Made by a program: the position numbers and the translations under genes. A DNA stretch of 64,000 nucleotides. Origin: the human T2T-CHM13v2.0 reference genome, Homo sapiens. The stretch lies in assembly GCF_009914755.1 (NCBI RefSeq), contig NC_060947.1, one strand, 5' to 3'. The notes under the pieces are model-generated. The model made no database searches. It saw nothing but the letters and a program-made list of their open reading frames with translations, and was not told the origin of the DNA. This document shows positions 51,860 to 64,000 of the stretch, piece after piece (the first letter of the stretch is position 1; every line of letters begins with the position of its first letter).

Positions 51860-51894
51860 TATTAAGCTCTTACTAAGTGAGATGCACTGTGCTA

Positions 51895-52977
51895 TATTGT
51901 GGGAACTAGCCCCCAATATTTCAACATAGGTTCTTTTCTATTTTACCTAAGTGTCGGCCGGTCTGGGAAATAAAGAGAAAGAGTACAAAAGAGAGAAATT
52001 TTACAGCTGGGTCTCCAGGGGTGACATCACATGTCGGCAGGTTCTGTGATGCCCCCAAGCCGCAAAACCAGCAAGTTTTTATTAGTGATTTTCAAAGGGG
52101 AGGGAGTGTACGAATAGGGTGTGGGTCACAAAGATCACATGATTCAAAGGCAATAAAATATCACAAGGCAAATAGGGACAGAGCAAGATCACAAGGTAGG
52201 GCGAAATTAGAATTACTAATGAGGTTCCATGTCCTGCTGTGCATGCATTGTCATTGATAAACATCTTAACAGGAAACAGGGTTCAAGAGCAGAGAACTGG
52301 TCTGACTAGAATTCACCAGGCTGGAATTTCCTAATCCTAGCAAGCCTGGGGGCACTGCAGGAGACCAGGGCATATTTTATCCCTTATCTTCAACTGCATA
52401 AGATAAACACTCCCAGAGCGGCCATTTTAGAGGCCTCCCCCTGGGAATGCATTCTTTTCCCAGGGCTGTTCCTTGCTGAGAAAAAGAATTCAGTGATATT
52501 TCTCCTATTCGCTTTTGCAAGAAGAGAAATATGACTCTGTTCTGCCTGGCCCTGCAGGCAGTCAGACTTTATGGTTATCTCCCTTGTTCCCTGGAAATCG
52601 CTGTTATCCTGTTCTTTTCAAGGTGCCCAGATTTCATATTGTTCAAACACACAAGCTTTACAAACAATTTGTGCAGATAACGCAATCATCACAGGGTCTT
52701 GAGGCAACATACATCCTCAGCTTATGAAGATGACAGGATTAAGAGATTAAAGTAAAGACAGGCATAGGAAATTATAAGAGTATTGGTTGGGGAAGTGATA
52801 AATGTCCATGAAATCTTCACAATTTATGTTCAGAGATCGCAGTAAAGACAGGCGTAAGAAATTATAAAAGTATTAATTTGGGGAACTAATAAATGTCCAC
52901 GAAATCTTCACAATTTATGTTCTTCTGCCGTGGCTTCAGCCAGTCCCTCTGTTCGGGGTCCCTGACTTCCTGCAACA
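51895..52977 (-). mobile_element. MER11 (HERV-K11/HML-8) solo LTR
   Basis: Minus strand begins tgttgcaggaagtcagggaccccgaac; 6-bp TSD gtgcta (51889-51894 and 52978-52983). Confidence 0.92.
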
Positions 52978-53357
52978 GTGCTACATGCTGCAGACATGTT
53001 AATTTTGAGGTACTTTTGAGTCACCCATAATGAGATGTCCATGGAAGAAATCTAGGCTGTAGATATAAATCTGTGGGTCATCTGAAAATAGGTGGTAATT
53101 GGACATATAAAAATGGGGAGGATCAGCTAGAGAGAGCTAAATCCCAGACTGGGAATGAGTACTATAGGAAAAATCTAGGGCCTACATTCTATGGCCTATC
53201 CATCCAGCAGGCACGTTTACTACGTGAAACTCAAATTTAGTAAAAGCTAAGCTCATTTCTTTTACTGACCTATATTGCAAACCATTATATTTTCTTCAGG
53301 TTATAAGGGGACATACACTGAGAATGAAACCCAGCACTTGGAAAGGCAAGAACTCAC

Positions 53358-53572
53358 CTGGTTTCCTCTTTGATCTACAGATTCTTTGTAGCAGATGAGG
53401 AGAGGGCCAATGAGTCCTGAAGCTAGATCTCTCTCCATATTAACGAAACTAGAGTAATAGCGGGTCAGGCACCGAGGATCTGATTTAGTTGGCCCATCTT
53501 CTACAGTCACTGTCCATTTATATTTGAATATTTCTCCTGGCAGAATTGGAAAATCCTTCAAATGTTTTACAC
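53358..53572 (-). CDS. F8: F8 exon 11 (A2), 215 nt
   Basis: VKHLKDFPILPGEIFKYKW...SVDQRGNQ; tag| and |gtgagt. Confidence 0.99.
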
Positions 53573-54069
53573 CTACCCACAAGCAAAACCATAAATAGCT
53601 CAATTAGAGTACAACAAGCCACATATTGATAATCATGTTGTTGTTGCAAGGGTTCTACAAATCTGTATGTACATATGAAGTTTCTGAGCAAGTGGAAGCT
53701 AAAGTCGCACCTATTATAATTTTAAGATTCAAACAATTTTTTTAAAAAGTAAAAAGCTGTAATTGATTATCCGGTTGACTGTGAAAGTGTCAGGCCTGAA
53801 TATATGCCAAAGAGCTTGGCATTGGAGTTTTAAGGTGTAGTCTCTGACTTCTGTGAGGAAAGGGAGCAAGAACTGAGATCTGCCCTCAGGGTAATGGGTC
53901 CTCAGGACAAGAACTGATTTTAGTAATTAAGTCTCATTCTGGGTATGTTTCATACCTGAAGATACAATCTAAATCAAAATTTTAATTTTATATTCATTCT
54001 AAGCTCTTCCTCACCTCAGTAAGTTATGCCTGACCTATGGTTAGAGGATCCATAGAAAGGGAATGGTGT

Positions 54070-54309
54070 TGAGGTGAGGAGTTCGAGACCAGCCTGGTCA
54101 ACATGGTGAAACGCCATCTCTACTAAAAATACAAAAATTAGCCAGGTGTGGTGGCAGGCACTTGTAATCCCAGCTACTTGGGAGGCTGAGGCATGAGAAT
54201 TGCTTGAACCTGGGAGGCAGAGGTTGAGCCGATATCATGCCAATGCACTCCAGCCTGGGGGATAGAGCGAGACTCTGTCTCCAAAAAAAAAAAAAAAAGA
54301 AAGAAAGAA
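54070..54309 (+). mobile_element. 5'-truncated AluS
   Basis: 16-bp TSD agaaagggaatggtgt (54054-54069 and 54310-54325). Confidence 0.92.
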
Positions 54310-54964
54310 AGAAAGGGAATGGTGTAGTATGTTCTTTCAATATTTCTGAGCCTTCTCTTCCCTTTTCCAGGAGCTGGGGGTGAGGGAGGGTAGGTAATAG
54401 AAGAAAGGGCAAACAGACTCTTGTTTAACAGGTCCTGCTGCTCTATCTTTGACAACACTATTTGGTCATCAATGTTCTCTGTGTGGGAGGTGCCCAAATG
54501 CTGGTCTTTTCATAGGACACATGTATGGTTTCTTTAGAGTTACCATGGGGACCTCAGCATTACATAGTTCCATGACATGAGAGATGTTTCTTTCAGCTAT
54601 CCTTCTGCAACTCTCCTCTCCCCATCAGCTCTTCTTACTTCCAGTGATATATCCAAGACTCTATTGGTTCTGCTATCCCCTCAGCCTGCCTAACTGCCTT
54701 CTTGGGTAGAATATCTTCAAAAGGGATAAAGCCCAGCTACTTTCAACAGTATTCACTTGTTACAGAATAAACTCATGTCAAACAGCAGGAAGGTAAACTG
54801 CTCCACTCTTGCCCTCTCTTCTTGCCCACTATTATGGGCATTACAGCCTTCAAAATTCTCCATGGAAAAGCAGGTTACCAGTAACTATCCACGTATGCCT
54901 CCAAATTTCGGGACACACATTCAAAATCTCCCCAGAACTCTGTCACTATGCCATTCTTCCATAA

Positions 54965-55398
<434 letters not shown>

Positions 55399-55522
55399 TA
55401 GAAGTTACTTGAGAATATACTTCCAGAAAAACAAAAGAAGAAATCAAAAAATAGAAATGTACAAGGGAAAAGTAGTTAATGCTATTCACTACAAGAATGT
55501 CTTTAAGAAGAAAAAGATTTGG

Positions 55523-55831
<309 letters not shown>

Positions 55832-57475
55832 TTAAGAAGCTGAAAGGCCTAAGAAATAGGGTTGAAGAAGCCTACATTTCTTTTCCGAATAAAAGAAAAC
55901 AAAGTCTTACTTCAGGATACACCTTTGTGTTGGGAACATTCCAAATCCTCTCATCTAGCTATTTGAAAATAGATGTCATTGTTGACTACAGTCACCCTAC
56001 AGTGCTATAGAACATTAGGACTTATGCCTCCTATCTAGCTGGAATTTTGCATCCATTAACCAACGTCTCCCTATTTCCCCCTCCCCTTCCCCTCTTTAGC
56101 CTCTAGTAACCACTATTTTATCTCTACTTCTATGAGATCAACTTTTTTCCTTCCACATATTATTTTATCTTAATAGTAAAATCACTTGAGCTGTAGAAAA
56201 GAGAGCAATCATAGCATATTACCCAGTTCTGCAGTTAACATTTATGAAAAGAAACTTGCTAAAATACTAAAATAATACAAATGCTGTTTTTTAATTTTTT
56301 AAGCTTTAGAGAAAATATATAGACAAAGCAAGGAAGAGTTATTTCAAATTACAGCACAAAATGTAAATGTTATCAAGTTTAGTTTTGTAAAAGTAAAGGA
56401 ATGGCTAGCAGCAGTAGAGAAAAGAAAGGTTTGGGGAAAGGAAAAGTGAGGGGTACAGTTTTTAATATCCTTAATTTATGAAGTATGGAGTCAAAAGATA
56501 TTTTCAATCCATGATTGGAAAATATCTTACTAAAAGTTGATGTTTAGTATATTTTTAAAGTTCTAATGATAGCCAATCCAACTGAAAACACTGATAAAAC
56601 TGAAACAACTTGAATGGAAAAAAGCACAAAACAAAGTAAGTATATAATGTCTAAAGTTGAAAAACAAAGAGTTAGCAGTATAAGTAACTTTTTAGAGATG
56701 TAGAGATAACCACCAAAAATCAAAAACAGAAATTCTTAAAAATGGATGCCTCTAGGGAGGCAGCCCTTTTGTAGTTTTAAGCATACACATCTATTATTTT
56801 GATAAATATTCATCCAAAATTAAATAATAGAAAGAATATACATAACATCCAATCTACTAAAAGAAAAAATAAATCTTTAAACAGCAAACAATATAGTAAA
56901 TAAAAACTGGAGTTGTGAACTATTTAGAAATGAATATGCGAAGAACCCTGAAAATATCAAACTAGATACCAAAAGTGAGAGTGAAACCCTGTTGAGAGAG
57001 AGAGAGAGAGAGAGCAAGGAAGAGCAATAACATGGAAGCTGCAGCAAAGAATCCTGAAAATATCAAACTAGTTACCCAAAGTGTGGAATACCACACTAGA
57101 TACCAAAAGTGTGGAATGTAGCTGAAAACCGTACTCAGAAAAAAAAATTATCTTAAGTGCCAGAAGAACCAGCTTCAAGATTTTAGGGCATTTACAGTAG
57201 TTGCAGTGGAACCAATTGCAGTGGAATCTAATTGGCTGTGGAATATTTGAACATCACCGCTAGGTAATAGGAAAAACATGTCAGGCGACTCTTCACGAAT
57301 TTACATGAAACATCACCTGAGGATTCCTATAATTGATTTTTATAACTTTAGACTGGAGCTTGAGGTCCGGCCAACAGCTGGAGAAAGGACCAACATAATT
57401 TTAGTTGTTATTGATGATATTTATCTCATCTGTATCTACAGGTAAAAAAGAGCTATAAATCGAGGGAATATTTAC

Positions 57476-57569
57476 CTTTTGGTAATCTCCTTGAATACAA
57501 AGGACGGACATCAGTGATTCCGTGAGGGTAGATGTTATATGGTCTGCTTGCTTGATTCTTAAATATAAT
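57476..57569 (-). CDS. F8: F8 exon 10 (A2), 94 nt
   Basis: Manual translation IIFKNQASRPYNIYPHGITDVRPLYSRRLPK; cag| and |gtaaat. Confidence 0.98.
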
Positions 57570-57727
57570 CTGAAAGTATAAGCGAGATCTAAGATCAAAT
57601 CCTAAAACGACTAGGATCAACAAGAAAACTGTGGTCTAACTCCAGATAAATAAAAGTGGCCTCTATCTACATTATAGTAATTTGAGGCTAGATAAAACTC
57701 AAAATATTTGGTCTTTTCATGAAATTG

Positions 57728-58690
57728 TTCCTTGGCATGCATGGAGGATTGGTTCCAGGACCCCTGCAGATACCACAATCTGTGATGCTCAAGTCTCTTA
57801 CTCAAAATGATGTAGTATTTGCATATAACATATGCACATCCTCTCATGTACTTTAACTCGTCTCTAGATTTCTTACAGTACATAATATAACATAAATGCT
57901 ATGTAAATAGTTGTTTTACCGTATTGTTTCTTTGTATTATTGTTTATTGTTGTATTATTATCTTTTATTGTTTTGGGGTTGTTTTTTGAATACTTTCAAT
58001 CAATGGTTGTTTGAATATGAGACTAGAAATCCAGTGATACTGAAAAATAAAAATAAAATCTTAAGCATCCCCAAACGACTGAAGAGACCCCTTTCTCGGC
58101 CAAGGAGACCCCAGAGATGGCTTAAAAACTGAGTTTCTGACCATGATGGGATGGGAGATCGGGCATGCCTTGTTACATTCCCTCCCTCCCTAATCTGCCG
58201 TTAGACTTTCTTTCTTAAGGGTTAAACATAAACCAGTCCTTTCTAAAGACGTGGTGGATTCCCCTCCCTTTGTGCAGTTTTATCATAACAACCGAGAAGC
58301 ATTGCTTCCTGATGAGAGACCACTGACCATGGACTGGCTCTGGCCAGTTTACAGAGGCTGCCTCTGTGTCCTCTGTTTCATCTTTTGACATATACAGCCT
58401 AATTTTCATGCATCTAAATGTTAAGTCTCCACCCCAAAGTGAACATGGAATGTATGTAACATGTGTGGTTGCAGGTGCCCCATCATAAATATTCACAGCT
58501 CCTCCTGGAACCTGTTAAATATGTATACTTAGCCAACTCATTCAGCATAAATTCTTATCTCATCCTTCCTTCTTCAAAGTGCTTGCTTCCATTTGCTGCC
58601 AGAGGCTACACTTCCCAGCCTGCAACCCTTTCCACTCCAAATTTACAAACTTAGGATTCTTCAGTTGACAATGTAGAGGGCTGACAGTAC
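57728..58690 (+). mobile_element. MER2 (Tigger) element with a MER4-family LTR inserted at about 58041-58669
   Basis: gattggttccaggacccc..gataccac MER2 start, resuming at gagggctgacagta; LTR aaaataaaatcttaagc...ttcagttgaca. Confidence 0.7.
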
Positions 58691-58992
58691 TTAGGTTTCT
58701 CTCTAAAGGCCCCTTTCCACTTCTTTAAAAATTGTTTCAATTGCTTCAGGAAGTATTCTCTGCACCTTCTCACACTAATTGAAATTTAGATGCCTGGTGA
58801 GGACACTGCTTCCTCTCAGCCTTTATTACTATTTGGGCATTAAATTCACTGATAATAGAGAAAGAGACAGTGTTTCAGGAGATAAAATCTTCAGTGCATG
58901 AGCAGGCATGACCAAGAGGACAGTTGATTACAGTATTAAGCAAGGGTAGCAGGTGGTATTGCCTGATTGCACCAGCTTTAAAAGAAAACAAA

Positions 58993-59286
58993 GGCCTAGG
59001 TGCAGTGGCTCATGCCAGCACTTTGGGAGGCTGAGGCAGGAGGATCGTTTGAGCCCAGGACTTCAAGACCAGCCTGGGTAACACAGTGAGACCTCATCTC
59101 TACAAAAAATAAAAAAATTAGCTAGGCGTGGTGGTGCATGCCTATAGTACCAGCTACTTGGGAGGCTGAGGTGGGAGGATCACTTCAGCCCAGGAAGTTG
59201 AGGCTGCAGTAGTGAGCTGTGATCACACCACAGCACTCCAGCCTGGGTGACAGAATGAGACCCTATCTCAAGAGAGAGAGAGAGAG

Positions 59287-59321
<35 letters not shown>
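58993..59321 (+). mobile_element. AluJ with a (GA)n tail
   Basis: Alu dimer followed by an interrupted GA repeat at 59272-59321. Confidence 0.9.
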
Positions 59322-59325
<4 letters not shown>

Positions 59326-59449
59326 GAAGAGCAATAACATGGAAGCTGCAGCGAAGAACCCTGAAAATATCAATCCCACCTCCAGATCTGAGGTGTGTGA
59401 TATGAGGATAAAAATGCAACTTCCACTTCTGCTCTTGTCTTAAAACCCA

Positions 59450-59995
<546 letters not shown>

Positions 59996-60221
59996 TTTCT
60001 TTTGTTGCTTGTTGGTTTTGGTGTCCTATCCAATAAACTATTGTCTAATTCAAGATCACAAAGATTTATCCTGTTGTTTTCTTATAATTTTGTAGTTTTA
60101 GCTCTTACATTTTATCTTTGATCCATTTTGAGGTAATGTTTAAGTGTAGGATTCAGCATGGTATCCAGAGTATAACCTGAATAAATCAAAGAATGGGGTA
60201 GATCTATATATGTTGACATGA

Positions 60222-60644
<423 letters not shown>

Positions 60645-61857
60645 TAAATTAGCCAGTAAAAGTAACTCAAAATACACAAAAAGTACCCTATAAATATGTA
60701 AAATTATTGTGTCATTATGCATTTTAAAAATTAATGAATAAAAAATAAAATTATACAATCTTCAAAAAATGAAAAATAGAAAAAATACGTACACAAAATT
60801 TATGAAGAAAAATTGTACAATAATAGCTAATAAAAATTTTGAAGAAGTACAATGAAAGAAGATGTCATACAGATATCAAACATATCACAAAGTTGAAGTC
60901 ATTAAAACAGGGTGGTAACAGATTAGTTAAGGAGAATTAAAAATCCCAGATTTTAGCAATTTAGTATATGATAAAGAAGACATTTTCAAATTAATGAAAA
61001 AAGGATTGGTTGTGTCAGCTGCCATTTGGGAAAATTTCTATTTGAATTATGCACTACATTCAAAAGTAACTTCCAGGGCAATTAGATTGCTCACTGTAAA
61101 AATAAAGCTATACAAGTAAGAGAATAAAATATAGACTATTTTTGTAGTGTCTTGGGGGTGGCAAAGACATTCTCAGGCAGAAAACATAAGTGAAAAAGAT
61201 CCAGAGACATATAAATGAAAAGATTGATAAAAGATAGGAGGTTTTGACTATATAAAGATGAAAAATCTTTGAAGGACAAAAAATATCATAAAGGAGTTAA
61301 AGTACAAGTGACAATGTGAGGAAAACATTTGAAAGATAAATAACAATGTGTCAATATCCATAATCTATAAAGACCTTTTACAAATACATAAGCAAAAGAT
61401 GACTGACCAAATAGAAAACTGGACAAAATTTACAAGCAGGCAATTCACAGAGGGAGTTATACAAATAGCCAACAAACATGAAACAATATACAATTTGACC
61501 ACTAACCAGGGAAATGCAAATGAAGACAACATATAAACATTTTGCTCATCAAATTGGAAAATTTTCTGAAGGTTTATAATATATGTTGTTGGCAATGGTG
61601 TGGGGAAAAGGGCAGTCATATACTTATGGTAGGGGATATAAATTGGTACAAAATTGCTGAAAGTCAGTTTGGCAGTATCTAACAAAACTCCATATCTAAA
61701 AACCAGTGTTCTTCATGACATTCTTCAGCGGCTGAATTTATGGAACCAACGACCAATCTTCAAATTTCTTGTGAAGAAAATAAACCCTTATTTATTTAAA
61801 CCACTGTCCATTGAGTATTCTGTTACTTACACCATACTCATTCTTAATATCCTAGAT

Positions 61858-62096
61858 CAGGAGCAAGCAAGCATTTTTTGGAAAAGGCTGGATAGTAAGT
61901 ACTCTAAAATTTGTGAGCCCTATCTAGCCTCTGTCACATATTCTCTTGCTCCTCCGCCTTCTCCTCCCCTTCCTCCCATCCTCCTTTCTTTTCTTTGCAA
62001 TATTTTAAAAATGTAAAATCTCATCTAAGCTCATGGACTGTTCAAAAGCAGGCCACAAGCCAAATTTGGTTCACAGGCCATAGTCTGCTGACTCCT
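61858..62096. mobile_element. MER58-like hAT-Charlie element
   Basis: caggagcaagcaagc...caggccatagtctgctgactcct termini. Confidence 0.6.
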
Positions 62097-62370
62097 ATAT
62101 GACATAATTAATGGAGAAAGATCTGGAAGGATATGTATCAAAGTCTAAGCAGTATTTCAAAGGAGTGTCGAGTTTAGTGGGTGACATTAAATTTTTATTC
62201 TATATACTCAAACTTTAAATACATACAATCAGCTATTATTTGTGTAACATTTATAGCTTTTAAAAGATCATGTCCATTGGAGACAAGGCTGAATTATGAG
62301 GTATTTTAGAAACTCAAAACTCTCCAGACTTTTTCTTCTTACCTGACCTTAAATCTTTTCTTCAACTTAC

Positions 62371-62542
62371 CAACAGTGTGTCTCCAACTTCCCCATAAAG
62401 TAAAGGTCCCAAGATTCCTGATTCATGCTGAATAGCTTCACGAGTCTTAAAGGTTTCATCTGTGTATGCCATAAATCGGACTTTTTTGTACTTCCTACCA
62501 ATCCGCTGAGGGCCATTGTTCAAATATTGACTTTTATAACTT
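62371..62542 (-). CDS. F8: F8 exon 9 (A2), 172 nt
   Basis: SYKSQYLNNGPQRIGRKYKKVRFMAY...GEVGDTLL; cag| and |gtaagt. Confidence 0.99.
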
Positions 62543-62826
62543 CTGTATAAGAGAAAAAAAGATGAGAGGTTGGGAAGAAAAATTCTAGGTAGGCTCAAAT
62601 CCAACTCTAAAACAGCTTATATGATTCAATCAAGGCAAGGAGTGAGAAAAATACAAGCTTCTCTGATGCTCAGCTATGTTAGTTTCCAAATGTTAATACC
62701 CTTGCCATTTGATTCCATACCTGTACCTAACCTTAAACATGGCTTCAGGATTTGTTGGTTTGAATAACTGGTAAGAACTTTTTGAGTATGGGGAAGAGAG
62801 AGTACCAATAGTCAAAAAGTGCTTAC

Positions 62827-63088
62827 CTGTCATCGGGGGCGAGGACTAAGGGAGCATAGTCCCAGTCCTCCTCTTCAGCAGCAATGTAATGTACCCAAGT
62901 TTTAGGATGCTTCTTGGCAACTGAGCGAATTTGGATAAAGGAAGGAGAGTTGTCATCATCAAACCTGACCACATCCATTTCAGAATCAGTAAGATCATCA
63001 TCATAGTCTTCCGCTTCTTCATTATTTTTCATTCGTAGTTGGGGTTCCTCTGGACAGCTGTCTACTTTGACATAAGCTTCCATGCCAT
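62827..63088 (-). CDS. F8: F8 exon 8 (end of A1, acidic a1, start of A2), 262 nt
   Basis: GMEAYVKVDSCPEEPQLRMKNNEEAEDYDDDL...IQIR|SVAKK (thrombin R372); cag| and |gtaagc. Confidence 0.99.
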
Positions 63089-63127
63089 CTGGAGTCAGAC
63101 AAACCAAACAATGTCAGAGTGTCTTGC

Positions 63128-63497
63128 TATATTAGGCTGTTCTATACCAGAGACTAGGTAATTTATAAAGAAAAGAGATTGAATTGGCTCATGTTTCTGC
63201 AGGCTATATGGGAAGCATGGTGCTGGCATCTGCTTGGCTTCAGGGAGGTCTCAGGAAGCTTACAATCATGGGGGTAGGTGAAGGGGGAGGAGACATGTCA
63301 CATGGTGAAAGCAGGAGCAAGACAGAGAGTGCAAGTTGCCACACACTTCTGAATGACCAAATATCATGAAGACAGCATCAAGCCATGAGGGATTCACCCC
63401 CATGATCCAAACATCTGCCACCAGACCCCACCTCCAGCATTGGAAATTACAATTCAACATGAGATTTCAGTGAAGATAAATATCCAAACCATATCAC
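63128..63497 (-). mobile_element. MST (MSTB-like) solo LTR
   Basis: attaggctgttc...aggaagcttacaatcatgg...tatccaaaccatatca. Confidence 0.85.
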
Positions 63498-64000
63498 TTG
63501 CCTTAACTTTTATGACTTCTTTCTCTCTTATTAGGCCTTCCAGGCTCTCCCCTAAGTACCCCCCCTTTCCACATCACTATCCCTTCTTGCCACAAATCAT
63601 TGATTTAATAACAGCTTATTGGGAAAAATGTTAGTGTAGATATAAACTTTAAGACATGTTCCAAGTTCATAAAACCATGACAAGATACAACTTAAAATCA
63701 AGGAGATATATATTTTAAGAGCATGTCTGCCTGTGACTAGTTGTAAACCCTATGGCAAATGTATTCAACATTCTCAGTCTCATCTTCATGCTTTGTAAAA
63801 TGGATAATAATAATTCCTGCCCTATTTATACCACAGGGCAATTTTGAAGATCAAATACTTCTAAGAAGGGAGACCTGTTTACTTGATTATGAGGAACAGG
63901 GAAGGTTTTAGGAGCAGCAAACAACTAGTCTGGGGTTCATGTAGCCTTAAACATAACTCAGTCTGCATCGAAAAACAAAGTGTTTGGTCTGAGGTTCAAT

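Noticed and set aside
52750-52921. About 90-bp tandem repeat
   Set aside because: Falls within MER11, where I recall internal tandem repeats as a family trait.
56938-57117. CRISPR-like repeat-spacer pattern
   Set aside because: Human intron, irregular spacing and no cas genes; explained by local duplication.

Overview
Eukaryotic (human, Xq28) genomic DNA from the middle of the coagulation factor VIII gene F8, on the minus strand. Exons 8-18 are present with GT-AG boundaries and the expected lengths (262, 172, 94, 215, 151, 210, 3106, 154, 213, 229, 183 nt). The introns are mostly interspersed repeats: a full-length L1PA3-type element, an old L1MA, two THE1 elements, LTR5, MER11, MER4 and MLT/MST LTRs, about 14 Alus, L2 and MER DNA transposons. 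There are also two processed pseudogenes (EEF1A1, split by a nest of insertions, and ZNF622). I found no new protein-coding system. The most interesting observations are these. (1) A dense set of locally templated insertions and snap-back duplications, including a perfect copy of the exon 18 splice acceptor in intron 14 and short direct repeats bracketing exons 10 and 13. (2) An L1 antisense promoter/ORF0 pointing in the F8 sense direction, whose two splice donors are in frame with exons 14 and 15. (3) A probable ancient inverted L1 duplication flanking exon 14. (4) Known haemophilia-relevant sites readable from the sequence. Repeat subfamily names are from memory of consensus sequences, and repeat boundaries are approximate unless a TSD is given.
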